DNA of 64,000 nt from a virus. The position numbers and the translations under genes are program-made. This document shows positions 36,082 through 45,585 of this stretch, piece after piece. The number at the start of each line of letters is the position of its first letter. The stretch's first letter is position 1. Under the pieces are notes generated by a model. It was given only the letters and a program-made list of their open reading frames with translations. It was not told the origin of the DNA and did no database searches. The stretch spans positions 3,562-67,561 of IMG/VR virus record IMGVR_UViG_3300031857_000130; one strand, 5' to 3'.

Positions 36082-38355
36082 ATGGAACTAGCAACTGCCC
36101 TCAATAATTACGCGCCACCTGTCGTTGACACGGAGGGCAAACCTCTTGAACGCCGTATTGCCGATGTGGCTGGCGCTCGCTCTCTCTGGTTTCGGATGCA
36201 GCAGGCTGATATTGCCAGCAATCAGCAGATGGCAAAGGTTCAGGCGATGGTTGACGGCAAAGAGCCTTACGACCCCGTAATGCTGCAAAAACAAGGCTTG
36301 GGCCACATGTCCAACTTCAATCCGGGCGACGCCAAGGCTTTCTTGGACACCTCGATTGCCGCGTTCATGGACTTGATTACGGGTTCCGAGGCGCTGATTG
36401 ACGTGCAAACCAAGTATGGCGAGCCTTCCGAGCGCCAGAATCTTTCCCAGCGTATCAGCCTGCACCTGAGCAGGACGATTCGCCAGTGGCCTGAGTTCTT
36501 TTTCCGTTACGCCTACATTCCGCACTATCGCACACTGCATGGCGTTGGAATTGCCTATTTCCCCGACCCTCAGAACTGGCAGTGGGACGTTACGAGTCTT
36601 TCCTACCTGAAAATCCCGCGTCAAACCCGCACTTGTGAGGACTCGATTCAGTATGCGGCAATGAAAAAGCTGGAGCAGCCAGACCAACTGATGCGCTACA
36701 TCAAGCTCGGTCAATACGCTGCCGAGGAGGGCTGGAACATCGAAATGCTCAAGCGGGCAATGATGAACGCCACCCCGCAGTTGATTGACCCCTTCAATTG
36801 GATGGAGTGGGAGCAGCGTTGGAAGAACAATGACCTCGTTCTTGGCGAAACTGGCCCAACGATTCCCCTGATTTACATGTGGGTGCGTGAAAACGACGGC
36901 CAAATCAGCCTGATGATCTTCACGGAATCCGCGCTTTCTACAACGAATGGCGAGCCGGAGGACTTCATCTTCTATCGTCAGGGAGTCTTCTCATCCGCTC
37001 AGGAGGCATTCATCTTCTTCACCCGTGGCATCGGCACAAATGCCACCTATCACGGCGTTCGTGGACTTGGCAGCGACATGTTCAACGCCTTCAACCAGTT
37101 GATGCGCCTTCGCAATCGCGCTGTGGATACCGCGTTCTCGGCTGGCCCGACTTGGCAGGTGGAAAGCGAGGAGGCTGTCGAGAATTTCCGCATCGTTCCC
37201 TACGGTTTCGGCTTCCTTGTCACTCCCGGTGCCAACTTCATTCAGCAGCAACCGCCGAATATCACGGCGTCTATTGCTCCTGCTATCGAGATGCTTCAGC
37301 AGACGGTGGCGACGAACATCGGTCAATACACCAGCACAAAGACGCTGGATACGGGGCGCGAGATTTCCAAGTTTGAGGCGATGGCCCGCTTGGACTTGAA
37401 CGCCCAGCTTTCTGTCACCGAAATCAACATGTTCATGCAGCAGTTTGACCGTCTGTGCAATCAGGTCGTTCGCCGCATGATGCGTCCGGGCTATCAGCGT
37501 AGCGATCCCGGTGGGCAGTATGTGTGGGAGTTCAAGGAACGCTGCCTTGAGGACGGTATTCCTATGGCCGCGCTGGAGCAGCTTGACCTTCGCTATACCC
37601 GCGCAAGCCGCACGATTGGTTCCGGCTCTCCTGCCGCACGTCGTTTGAGCTACGAGTCGCTGATGGCGCTCTACCCCTACTACGATGACTACGGCAAGCA
37701 GCAGCTTGTGCGCCTTCAGACGGCTTCTGTGGCTGGATGGGATATTGCCAATCAGCTTACAACTCCTCCCGGCTCGGATCAGCGTCCTCCGATTGATGCT
37801 GCTATTGCGGATTCTCAGAACGTAGCACTCGCTCAGGGCTTCCAGCAGATGATCCTGCCGAACGAGAACAAGACGGTTCACCTTCAGGTTCATATCTCCA
37901 AGCTCAACGAATACTACCAGCAGTTTGACGCCGCTGGTCAGAATCCTGCGCTGTATCAGGAGATTGTGCCTCCGATGGCGAACATCTTCGATCACGCCGC
38001 TCAAACGCTTGAGCAATACACGGGCAACGAAGCCCCGATGTTCCGTCAGCAGCTTCAGCAGTTCAACGAAATCATCACGAACGGCACCCGTCACCTGCAA
38101 AAACAGCAGGCTCAGGAGGCTGAACAGGCCGCAATGGCGCAAGGCCAGCCAGCACCGCAGGCACAAGGCCCGTCTGACATCGAAAAGATGCTCGCCGAAT
38201 GGCGCGTCAAGATGGATCAGCGGGAAGAAGAGTTCCGCATGAAAATGCAGCAGAGACAGGTTGAGGCGGCTCAGAAGATGGCCCTCAAGCAGCAGGAATT
38301 TGCTGCGGATATGTCTCGCAAGGCCGCGTCTGCTCAGTTGCAGCGGGCTGTCTAA
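36082..38355 (+). CDS. Portal protein (putative)
   Basis: 757 aa, Gln-rich coiled-coil C-terminus, H..H motif near the end; precedes scaffold-like gene and TerL. Confidence 0.75.
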   Translation: MELATALNNYAPPVVDTEGKPLERRIADVAGARSLWFRMQQADIASNQQMAKVQAMVDGKEPYDPVMLQKQGLGHMSNFNPGDAKAFLDTSIAAFMDLITGSEALIDVQTKYGEPSERQNLSQRISLHLSRTIRQWPEFFFRYAYIPHYRTLHGVGIAYFPDPQNWQWDVTSLSYLKIPRQTRTCEDSIQYAAMKKLEQPDQLMRYIKLGQYAAEEGWNIEMLKRAMMNATPQLIDPFNWMEWEQRWKNNDLVLGETGPTIPLIYMWVRENDGQISLMIFTESALSTTNGEPEDFIFYRQGVFSSAQEAFIFFTRGIGTNATYHGVRGLGSDMFNAFNQLMRLRNRAVDTAFSAGPTWQVESEEAVENFRIVPYGFGFLVTPGANFIQQQPPNITASIAPAIEMLQQTVATNIGQYTSTKTLDTGREISKFEAMARLDLNAQLSVTEINMFMQQFDRLCNQVVRRMMRPGYQRSDPGGQYVWEFKERCLEDGIPMAALEQLDLRYTRASRTIGSGSPAARRLSYESLMALYPYYDDYGKQQLVRLQTASVAGWDIANQLTTPPGSDQRPPIDAAIADSQNVALAQGFQQMILPNENKTVHLQVHISKLNEYYQQFDAAGQNPALYQEIVPPMANIFDHAAQTLEQYTGNEAPMFRQQLQQFNEIITNGTRHLQKQQAQEAEQAAMAQGQPAPQAQGPSDIEKMLAEWRVKMDQREEEFRMKMQQRQVEAAQKMALKQQEFAADMSRKAASAQLQRAV

Positions 38356-38361
38356 TCACTC

Positions 38362-38688
38362 ATGGCTAAGAAAACACTCATACAAAGGTGGCGTGAAGAG
38401 GGTCTTGCACCCGAACTCGCCCATATCATGCAATCCACCGTGTTCGCACGGGCAATGGAAATCGTCAAAGAGCACACGGAGCCGAATGATCTGGTGATCC
38501 AGCGTGTCTATCGGGAGAACCCCGTTCACGCAGACCAAATCATATCCTCCATGCACAAGATGCAGGCTGGAGAACGGCGCGTCTGGAGAATGTTGAAATG
38601 GCTGTCGGAAGTTCAACCCGAAACCAACGGGTCGATTCCAGAGCCATTCCAGCAATACGACGAACAATACTTTGAACCACGCCAATAA
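38362..38688 (+). CDS. Small portal-adjacent protein
   Basis: 108 aa between portal and scaffold. Confidence 0.65.
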   Translation: MAKKTLIQRWREEGLAPELAHIMQSTVFARAMEIVKEHTEPNDLVIQRVYRENPVHADQIISSMHKMQAGERRVWRMLKWLSEVQPETNGSIPEPFQQYDEQYFEPRQ

Positions 38689-38691
38689 CCC

Positions 38692-39906
38692 ATGAATACC
38701 GAAGCATCGCCAGCAGTACCGCAGCCATCACAGGAACAAGCCACGTCCGGAGTCGGAGATTTCGACATCGGGCCAATGATGGAGCGTTTTACCGCACAGG
38801 AAAACGCCGCCAAACAGGCAGCCGTGTCTGAACCCGTGAAAACGGAGGAAGTTGCGCAGAAAACCACCGAGGAAGCAGCGCCAGAAGCGAAAACCGAGGA
38901 GAAAGCCACTGAATCCAACGATGTTCCCGACGATTTCCCGTCCAAGAAGCACGCCACTCCAGAGGCAATCAACACTTGGAAGGGCATGAAGGAGGAGTTA
39001 AGCAAACTCCGCACCGAGCTTGGTGAACTCAAGGACAAGCAGCTTCCCGCCAAAGACCAAGAGCTTCAGGCTAAGTTGCTTGAAATCGAGGAGTCCAAGA
39101 AGCGTCTTGCTGAGTTTGAGGGCAAGGACATCTCTCAATACGAGAAGCGCATCAAGGAACTGGAAGAACGCGATGCCGAGAACGAGAAGTTCCGCGCCGT
39201 CCATGACGTAATGAACTCGCGCACGTTCCACAACGAAATCATCGCTCCTGCCGAGAAGATTGGTGCTGCCGTCGAAGAGCTTGCCAAGTCCTACGAACTG
39301 TCACCTGACACCGTCAAGGAAGCGTTGAAGACGGAAGACCCTGTGGAGCTTCGCCGTAAGCTGCGTGAGCTTACGTCCGACTGGAATCCGATGGACGCAG
39401 CCGAGCTTGCCTCTTATGCCAAGACGCATCGTGAGCTTTCTGACAAAGCTCAGCAGATGATCGACAACGCGGAAAAGGCCAAGCAGGAGCTTCGCTACAT
39501 TGAAGAAACTGAGTCCAAGAAGAAGTCTGAGGCTCAACTTGCTGCCGAGAAAGCAGCCTACGAGGCTGTGGACAAACAGCTTGGCGAGAAGTTCGCCATC
39601 CTGAAGGACGATCCTGAACTGGCAGAAACTCTGAAAAACGCTAAGTTTGAGGACACGCCAGCCAATCGCGCTCTTGCCGCCAAGACTGCTCCTATGGTGA
39701 TGAAGCTCAATGACTTGTATCACAAAGCACAGTCTGAAATCAAGGCGCTCAAGGAGGAGCTTGCCAAGCGCAATGCTGCCAAGCCGAATCCTAGCCAGAC
39801 GACTCAGCCTGCCAAGGACATCGAGGATCGCACCAAGGAGCAACGTGGATACACGCCGGAAGATGCGATGAATCGTTGGTTTGCCATGCAGGCTCAGGGA
39901 GCGTAA
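38692..39906 (+). CDS. Scaffolding protein (putative)
   Basis: Acidic disordered N-terminus and long coiled coil. Confidence 0.65.
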   Translation: MNTEASPAVPQPSQEQATSGVGDFDIGPMMERFTAQENAAKQAAVSEPVKTEEVAQKTTEEAAPEAKTEEKATESNDVPDDFPSKKHATPEAINTWKGMKEELSKLRTELGELKDKQLPAKDQELQAKLLEIEESKKRLAEFEGKDISQYEKRIKELEERDAENEKFRAVHDVMNSRTFHNEIIAPAEKIGAAVEELAKSYELSPDTVKEALKTEDPVELRRKLRELTSDWNPMDAAELASYAKTHRELSDKAQQMIDNAEKAKQELRYIEETESKKKSEAQLAAEKAAYEAVDKQLGEKFAILKDDPELAETLKNAKFEDTPANRALAAKTAPMVMKLNDLYHKAQSEIKALKEELAKRNAAKPNPSQTTQPAKDIEDRTKEQRGYTPEDAMNRWFAMQAQGA

Positions 39907-39915
39907 TCTCCTGCC

Positions 39916-41721
39916 ATGACCAAAGCCCCACAGAAACCCGTTGTCGCCAAACTGACAAAGGGGCCGCTGAACACCTACGGGATGCGGGAGAAGTTCAGGG
40001 CCAAAAACCAGTTGGAGATTGAGCTTATCTTGATGCAAGTCAGGTCAGGCTCGCTCCGACATCGGGATGGCAGCGTGAACGCCAAGGGCTTTCCTGCGTG
40101 GCGGCATTTCTGCAACGCGGTTGACATCCTGTGGAACTTCCAAGGATCGCAAACCAAGTTCCTGTGGCATCCTTGGGCGCTAACCATGATTCGGGACGCA
40201 TTCAAGCACAAGCGTCTGGCGATCACATCGGGTGGCTCAGGCGGCAAGACTGACGTTTTCGCCGTCTATGCCCTCGTCTGGTGGCTGGCAAAGCCGTTCA
40301 AGAATGTTGTTCTTGTGAACACTACCACGAAGGCAGCAGCTATGGGCCGTATCTGGGGTCGTATCGTGCGTTATTTCAACGGCATGGTAGCGCCACCTCC
40401 AGGCAAGCTGGTTGGCTCATCCTACTCCATCAAGGCGGTTGATCCTAACACGCAGGTTGTCATGGAGGAATACGGAATCCGACTGTTTGCAGGTGAACCC
40501 GCCAAGGCAGCAGAATCCGCGACAGCCATTCGAGGCTTGAAACACGGTGCCGGTGGTAAGCTGATCGTGATCCTTGATGAGTGCGCCGAACTCTCATGGA
40601 GCATCGTTAACACATTCGAGGAAAACATCACGCAGAACCCGAATGTCCAGCTTATCGCCCTAGCCAACGCCAATTCGCCTTTTGACACGTTTGGCCGTCT
40701 TTGCGAGCCTTGGGATGGTTGGGATAGATACGACCCGTCTTGGGACGAATGGGAAGGTAAAGGAGCGCATGTGAGGCGAATCAACATCGAGACTTCGCCC
40801 AACATTACCGAGGGAAAGGTTATTTACCCGTTCCTAATGACTCAGGAGATGCTTGCCGAGAAGCGGGAAAAGCTGGGGCCGAACACACGCTCATACTGGC
40901 GAGGCGTCCTTGGTTCGTTCATGCTGGATGCTGACGACGAGACAATCTACTCACCCGGCGAGCTTCTGCGCATCCCGAATGACTGCGTGTGGCAGGGGAT
41001 TCCAACGAAGGTTGCTGGCTTCGATATTTCCCACACAGCAGGTGGAGACAAATCCGTGCTCACCGTTGGCAGCATTGGCGTCTGCACCGATGGTAAAAAG
41101 CGTCTCAAATTTGAGAAACACTACGAACTCAATGAAGACATGGGGCGCAAGGACGTGGACAGAACCACGCAGATTATTGAAAAGTTGCGCGAGATTTGCA
41201 CGAAGGAAGGAATTGCCATCGAGAACATGGCTATTGATGCCAGTGCGGGCGGCGGCAAAACCTTTGCTGACGCCATCTGGTCAAAATGGAGCAACCGCTT
41301 TCTCCGCGTGGACTTTGGCGGCAAAGCATCCGACCGACCCGTATCTTCTGCCGACAGGGAGAAATCCAGCGTCCGATATGGCAATAAAGTGGCAGAACTT
41401 TGGGGAGTGGGCAAAGAACTGATTCGCTGCGACCAGCTTCGCAACATCACGAAGGAAATGGCGGACGACATGACTTCACGCCGCTACAAGGAGAACAAGG
41501 CGCAGGACGGCGGCTCACGCATCAAGGTGGAATCCAAGGTCGAGATGAAGCAGCGCATTGGACGCAGCCCCGACCACTTTGACAGTGCGGCAGTTCTGAT
41601 CGAGCTTTGCCGTGAACGTCATGGCCTGTCTGGTATCGACAAACCGGGGAATTACAGCAGCAAGGGCAAATCACCGCTCAAAAAGCGGTTTGATTCGCTG
41701 GCGTCGTTGTATGCGGCGTAG
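39916..41721 (+). CDS. terL: Terminase large subunit
   Basis: Walker A SGGSGGKT, Walker B IVILDE, ANANS, nuclease residues in GFDIS...GGDKS, AIDAS, SPDHFDS. Confidence 0.9.
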   Translation: MTKAPQKPVVAKLTKGPLNTYGMREKFRAKNQLEIELILMQVRSGSLRHRDGSVNAKGFPAWRHFCNAVDILWNFQGSQTKFLWHPWALTMIRDAFKHKRLAITSGGSGGKTDVFAVYALVWWLAKPFKNVVLVNTTTKAAAMGRIWGRIVRYFNGMVAPPPGKLVGSSYSIKAVDPNTQVVMEEYGIRLFAGEPAKAAESATAIRGLKHGAGGKLIVILDECAELSWSIVNTFEENITQNPNVQLIALANANSPFDTFGRLCEPWDGWDRYDPSWDEWEGKGAHVRRINIETSPNITEGKVIYPFLMTQEMLAEKREKLGPNTRSYWRGVLGSFMLDADDETIYSPGELLRIPNDCVWQGIPTKVAGFDISHTAGGDKSVLTVGSIGVCTDGKKRLKFEKHYELNEDMGRKDVDRTTQIIEKLREICTKEGIAIENMAIDASAGGGKTFADAIWSKWSNRFLRVDFGGKASDRPVSSADREKSSVRYGNKVAELWGVGKELIRCDQLRNITKEMADDMTSRRYKENKAQDGGSRIKVESKVEMKQRIGRSPDHFDSAAVLIELCRERHGLSGIDKPGNYSSKGKSPLKKRFDSLASLYAA

Positions 41722-41769
41722 AACTTGCGCTGCACCGAACGCTTCGCGTCGGTGAGCTATTGGTTGGGC
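41718..41769 (+). mobile_element. attC-like site 0 (short)
   Basis: gtagAAC-ttgc-gctGcacc...ggtgagc-tattg-GTTgggc; overlaps the terL stop; spacers are 1 nt short of canonical. Confidence 0.7.
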
Positions 41770-41773
41770 AGAC

Positions 41774-42046
41774 CTAGCGGCGTCCGAGTCGGTTCGATAA
41801 TTCGCGGCATAGACGTGCGGCCTTTTGGTTCGGCGTTTCCGGCTTTTTGAAGACCTGCACCAACACCGCGACAATCGCGACGATGAGCAGGATACCGAGA
41901 ACCAGACCAAGACTGATCCAGATCGGCGACAATACCCACCACCACGACCATGCAATGACATTGCAGAGTTTTAGGGTGATGAAGACGATGGTGAGGAGAC
42001 CGGCGAAGCCGGTTCCTCCTGATTTGCTGTTATTTTGGTTACTCAT
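41774..42046 (-). CDS. Cassette 1 ORF: small two-TM membrane protein
   Basis: GGTGFAGLLTIVFITLKLCNVIAWSWWWVLSPIWI. Confidence 0.8.
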   Translation of the reverse strand: MSNQNNSKSGGTGFAGLLTIVFITLKLCNVIAWSWWWVLSPIWISLGLVLGILLIVAIVAVLVQVFKKPETPNQKAARLCRELSNRLGRR

Positions 42047-42068
42047 GGTCGTAGATAATTCAAAAGAT

Positions 42069-42157
42069 GCCCAACAAGGCGTGGGATCTAACCGCCGGAA
42101 GCGTCTTTCTTGAAGTCGGGCTTCCCACTCGGCGGTAGATCCACTAGATCGTTAGCG
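42069..42157 (+). mobile_element. attC site 1
   Basis: gcccAAC-aaggc-gtgGgatc...gatccac-tagatc-GTTagcg; canonical 5/6-nt spacers. Confidence 0.88.
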
Positions 42158-42507
42158 GAAGAATCCAGAGCCGCCTTGAAATCCTCGCTGGGGCAATACC
42201 AGTCATCTTTCACGATGTGGCCGATGCGCTTGATTTCCGACCACGATCCTTCCACTCGGATGGTGCGTCCTTTCAGTTGCGACCACTTTTCCACACCAGC
42301 GATTTCCAAGATGCGGAAGATGTGATGTCCAGCCACGCTCAAGACTTGGTGATGGCTGAACGATTTTGGCAGATACAGCGCGTAGCCTCCAAAGCCTTGC
42401 CCCATTCCTCCGAAGTCGAGATGCAGCCAGCAATCCAAGATGCCGCGCTCTGCCATGGTGATTTCTGCCGATTCGATCACGGCGTTTTTGATTTCGGTGT
42501 CTTTCAT
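42088..42507 (-). CDS. Cassette 2 ORF: conserved phage hypothetical protein
   Basis: NAVIES...GQGFGGY.L...I.RILEIAGVEKW.QLKG; stop lies inside attC1. Confidence 0.8.
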   Translation of the reverse strand: MKDTEIKNAVIESAEITMAERGILDCWLHLDFGGMGQGFGGYALYLPKSFSHHQVLSVAGHHIFRILEIAGVEKWSQLKGRTIRVEGSWSEIKRIGHIVKDDWYCPSEDFKAALDSSANDLVDLPPSGKPDFKKDASGG

Positions 42508-42545
42508 ATTTCGGTGTTTTCTTGTGGTTTCCTGCCGCTCCCAAC

Positions 42546-42631
42546 CGCTAACAAGACGGTCGAGGCAACGGCGATAAAGTCTCTAGTCGAGGTCGGCGTC
42601 CTTCGCGCCGTGCCTCACCTCTGCGTTCTCC
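42546..42631 (+). mobile_element. attC site 2
   Basis: cgctAAC-aagac-ggtCgagg...cctcacc-tctgc-GTTctcc. Confidence 0.88.
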
Positions 42632-42936
42632 TCATCAGATTTGGGCGTCGGCATGATTGCGACGATCCGCGCACAGACAAGCATGTCCTCCAGCTTGTTT
42701 TCCCACAGTTCGCACCCGAGAGTGTCACCGGCTGCATTCGTGAGGATGATTTCTCCGTCGTCGTAGCCGAGTTCTTCAGCGATATTGCCGATGGCGGATT
42801 CGATCACGTCGAGTCCGGTGCAGTTGCCTCCCACCGTGGTTGTTTTGGTGGCCGTGTATTCCCATTGCTGGAAGGTGAGTTCGACGGTTTGCGTGGCCAT
42901 GCGGCCTGATGTCGTAAGATTTGGATCGTAGTTCAT
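42583..42936 (-). CDS. Cassette 3 ORF: acidic hypothetical protein
   Basis: 117 aa; stop lies inside attC2. Confidence 0.75.
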   Translation of the reverse strand: MNYDPNLTTSGRMATQTVELTFQQWEYTATKTTTVGGNCTGLDVIESAIGNIAEELGYDDGEIILTNAAGDTLGCELWENKLEDMLVCARIVAIMPTPKSDEENAEVRHGAKDADLD

Positions 42937-42959
42937 AGTCGTTAGGTGATTCGGAAGAA

Positions 42960-43082
42960 GGAGAACAAGGCACCTGCTGGCAACCTGCCGTCAGTAGTTT
43001 CGTCGGCGCGGGGCGTCGTTAGGAGTGGCCATTTTGTTTCGGAGTTGGAGTGTCGGCAGGTGCCAGAGGGCGGACGCTCCCT
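42960..43082 (+). mobile_element. attC site 3 with degenerate R' (GCT)
   Basis: ggagAAC-aaggca-cctGctggca...tgccagagg-gcggac-GCTccct. Confidence 0.75.
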
Positions 43083-44020
43083 CCAACCTTCTCCGCGCAT
43101 TCCGCATACCCGATGATGTCAATCAGCGTGTCCTGCTTTTTGCTGGTCTTTGCGCGGCTGACTTTGAGCAGGATCATCATCATGGCCACATCCCAAGAGG
43201 TGAACTCGACACCCTTCCACGCGCTCCATAAGGCGGCAATGCGGGCAAACGATTCTGATGCGTCACCGTAGTCTTTGGCCCTGTCGCCAGCAACGATGGA
43301 CTTGGCGGTGTCGGAGATGGAGGTTGGTATGGTTTCTTTTGGAGACTCATCAGCGTAGCGCCATCCGATGATGTAGGGTTTTGTTGTATTTTTCCACACC
43401 CACGTTTTTGCCTTGGAAGGACGGTGGCAAGCGTGGTGGCAGACACGGTGATCTTCTCCGATCACCCATACCTCGCGCTCCCCATCGCACGGCATTGGAT
43501 CGCCCGGACGGTGCCATGTCCATTCGTGGCCTTCGTAAGTGAAGGTCAGTGGGCGGGTGGTGCGAAAGAAATAATCGTTTGCTCTGTCTTGACTGAAAGT
43601 GGAGTATCTTTCTGGGGTTGCTGGCTGGTCGTAAAACCCCAAACAATCCCCCCAATACGAACTTAGGTTGGTGTGGCAGCATTTATCACATACGTTAATG
43701 GTCTCCCCCAAATACAGAGGTCTTGTTCCAGATGGCAGCATGTCAGCCGTCCATCCGTCTTCGCGGTGCCACTTCATGCCCGGTGGCGGAGTTGGAAGTT
43801 TGAACTCATTCTTTGGTGTGGACTCAGATTTCTTGCCAACAGCATCCAGAATATGCTTGGCAATCGCCAGCCTATGAGGGGCTTCATTGTCCCAATAAGG
43901 GTAATCAGATGGGTCTGATTCGAGAGAGCCAATTCCTTTTGGAAGCGCAAGGAAAGAGTCGTCTGCAATTTGCTGGAGATTGTCGGGGTGGTTCATGTGA
44001 AGGAAAGCATCGCCCATCAT
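43019..44020 (-). CDS. Hypothetical protein with C-terminal DUF6378-like domain
   Basis: IVAGDRAKDYG...F.RIA.LWS...VAMMMILLKVSR...D..IDI.GYA. Confidence 0.8.
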   Translation of the reverse strand: MMGDAFLHMNHPDNLQQIADDSFLALPKGIGSLESDPSDYPYWDNEAPHRLAIAKHILDAVGKKSESTPKNEFKLPTPPPGMKWHREDGWTADMLPSGTRPLYLGETINVCDKCCHTNLSSYWGDCLGFYDQPATPERYSTFSQDRANDYFFRTTRPLTFTYEGHEWTWHRPGDPMPCDGEREVWVIGEDHRVCHHACHRPSKAKTWVWKNTTKPYIIGWRYADESPKETIPTSISDTAKSIVAGDRAKDYGDASESFARIAALWSAWKGVEFTSWDVAMMMILLKVSRAKTSKKQDTLIDIIGYAECAEKVGGSVRPLAPADTPTPKQNGHS

Positions 44021-44049
44021 CGGGCTGGATTCAAGTTAAAAGCGTAAGG

Positions 44050-44265
44050 TTATGCTTCATCCCCCAACGCCAAGGAATACGCCGGGTTGAGAATAACAAG
44101 AGCTTCGCGCAAGGCTTCGTTCGCCTTTTCGTCCTCGCCGTATTTCGCAATTCTGCGAATCTCCTCGTAGGCAGCGATCACTTTGCCGGACAAAGCGGAG
44201 GCATTCGAGGCAAGCCGGAACTCGTCTTGTTCTTCAGGAAGGTAGAAGGTCAGGGTGGCTGTCAT
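44050..44265 (-). CDS. Hypothetical protein
   Basis: MTATLTFYLPEEQDEF; coupled ORF. Confidence 0.7.
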   Translation of the reverse strand: MTATLTFYLPEEQDEFRLASNASALSGKVIAAYEEIRRIAKYGEDEKANEALREALVILNPAYSLALGDEA

Positions 44266-44459
44266 GATTTGCGGATTTGTTGAAGCAGGTTAAAGCAGGC
44301 AGACTCGTAGGAGGTGCCAGACCCATAAACAACATCACCTCCACAATAGGAGCGAACACGAAGAATCCATAGGCCATTAATGCTTGGACTAGTGGTGAGA
44401 AGGCTGACTTCCGGCTGATCCTGAAGCCATTGAAGGAGGGATGAGTGGGCGGTGGGCAT
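44262..44459 (-). CDS. Hypothetical protein
   Basis: Coupled ORF. Confidence 0.55.
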   Translation of the reverse strand: MPTAHSSLLQWLQDQPEVSLLTTSPSINGLWILRVRSYCGGDVVYGSGTSYESACFNLLQQIRKS

Positions 44460-44465
44460 GGGTGG

Positions 44466-44750
44466 TTAGGTTTTGGATGAAATAGCTTCAAGAATGCGAC
44501 TCACCAGTTTGTCGTTCCACGGCCTGATCTTTTTCTCCAAGGCGTAGATGTAGGCTTTAGAGACTCCACACAGAGAGCCAAATTGCCTTGCTGTCATCCC
44601 GGTTTCTTTGCGCAGCTCCAGCATGGCTTCTTGGAGGAGGGAGGTGCCGTTATCCAGATGACATTGACCAATCGACCTCTCGCTTAAGGCTAGGTTGATT
44701 TGATCGAACGCTTTTTGACTGATGGATTTAATGGATGCAGGGATTGTCAT
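44466..44750 (-). CDS. XRE-family HTH protein
   Basis: LRKETGMTARQFGSLCGVSKAYIYALEK. Confidence 0.75.
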   Translation of the reverse strand: MTIPASIKSISQKAFDQINLALSERSIGQCHLDNGTSLLQEAMLELRKETGMTARQFGSLCGVSKAYIYALEKKIRPWNDKLVSRILEAISSKT

Positions 44751-45466
44751 GGTAGGTAGATGGCTATTTTATTATGGTTTTCTGGATATTGAATCTGCTT
44801 GATGATTTTCTTTTCGGACATCCCATCGTTAATCATTTCCTGCACAATGGATTGAAAATTCATGACTTGTGATGGGGTGAGTCTGACTTTCGCGGCTTCA
44901 GCCTTGGATGTCTTTTCACGCCCAAGGGCGACCCGATATGCCACAAATTTCCTAAACTCATCCCGTATTCTATCGCTCCATCCGGGAGGTGTATCAACTG
45001 ACAGTGACAATTCAAGTTCCCGCCTATGGTTCGCCATCCATGTTGGGGGTGGCATTCCCTCCACATATTCATCGGGGTATTCGGGCGCAAATTTGAGAAT
45101 GTCCAATTCCCTCCAAGCCTCGATAAACGGAGTCAGATTGTCTTTGGTAGCCTTCCATCGTAGCTCCAACTGACGCCACATTTTTGTCTGAACCTTCATC
45201 GTGCGCGAAAACGTGCCGATAGTGGTTTTGAGATACCTGCTCAGGATAACCTCGTTGCCATCCAAGACTTTGACCCGGTTTCCAAAGTGAAGCAAATCCT
45301 CGTACTGATACCGTATGCCGGTCAATCCAAGAATCATGTCCATGTTGGCAACAATGTGCCCAATCTCGTTTGCCCGACTCCAAAGCGTCAAATACAACAG
45401 TTTGTGCATTCCACTGATCGGGCCAAGCTCTGCAATGATGTCTGCCTCATAGGCTAGTTTTGCCAT
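44747..45466 (-). CDS. Putative replication initiator-like (wHTH) protein
   Basis: KLLYLTLWSRANEIG N-terminus resembles phage replisome-organiser N-domains. Confidence 0.45.
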   Translation of the reverse strand: MAKLAYEADIIAELGPISGMHKLLYLTLWSRANEIGHIVANMDMILGLTGIRYQYEDLLHFGNRVKVLDGNEVILSRYLKTTIGTFSRTMKVQTKMWRQLELRWKATKDNLTPFIEAWRELDILKFAPEYPDEYVEGMPPPTWMANHRRELELSLSVDTPPGWSDRIRDEFRKFVAYRVALGREKTSKAEAAKVRLTPSQVMNFQSIVQEMINDGMSEKKIIKQIQYPENHNKIAIYLP

Positions 45467-45530
45467 CCCTTATTCTACCTCAATATAGCCTGAGAATCAA
45501 CTATTTTTGTGTGTCTTACTAAAAAAGGCA

Positions 45531-45585
45531 ATGCATTAACAATGCATATTCTGTACTCTTATATATATATGCATTATCAATGCAT
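45531..45585. repeat. Two 17-bp direct repeats ATGCATTA(A/T)CAATGCAT around a (TA)n tract
   Basis: ATGCAT at 45531, 45542, 45569 and 45580. Confidence 0.8.

Noticed and set aside
36088-38166. Long antisense ORFs (36088-36903, 36991-38166) and similar shadows elsewhere
   Set aside because: They mirror strongly codon-biased sense genes and have no recognisable motifs.
41590-41602. GTTCTGA in terL as the start of a cassette ending at attC0
   Set aside because: Only 5/7 match to the GTAGAAC inverse core, and it lies in the conserved terminase nuclease C-terminus.
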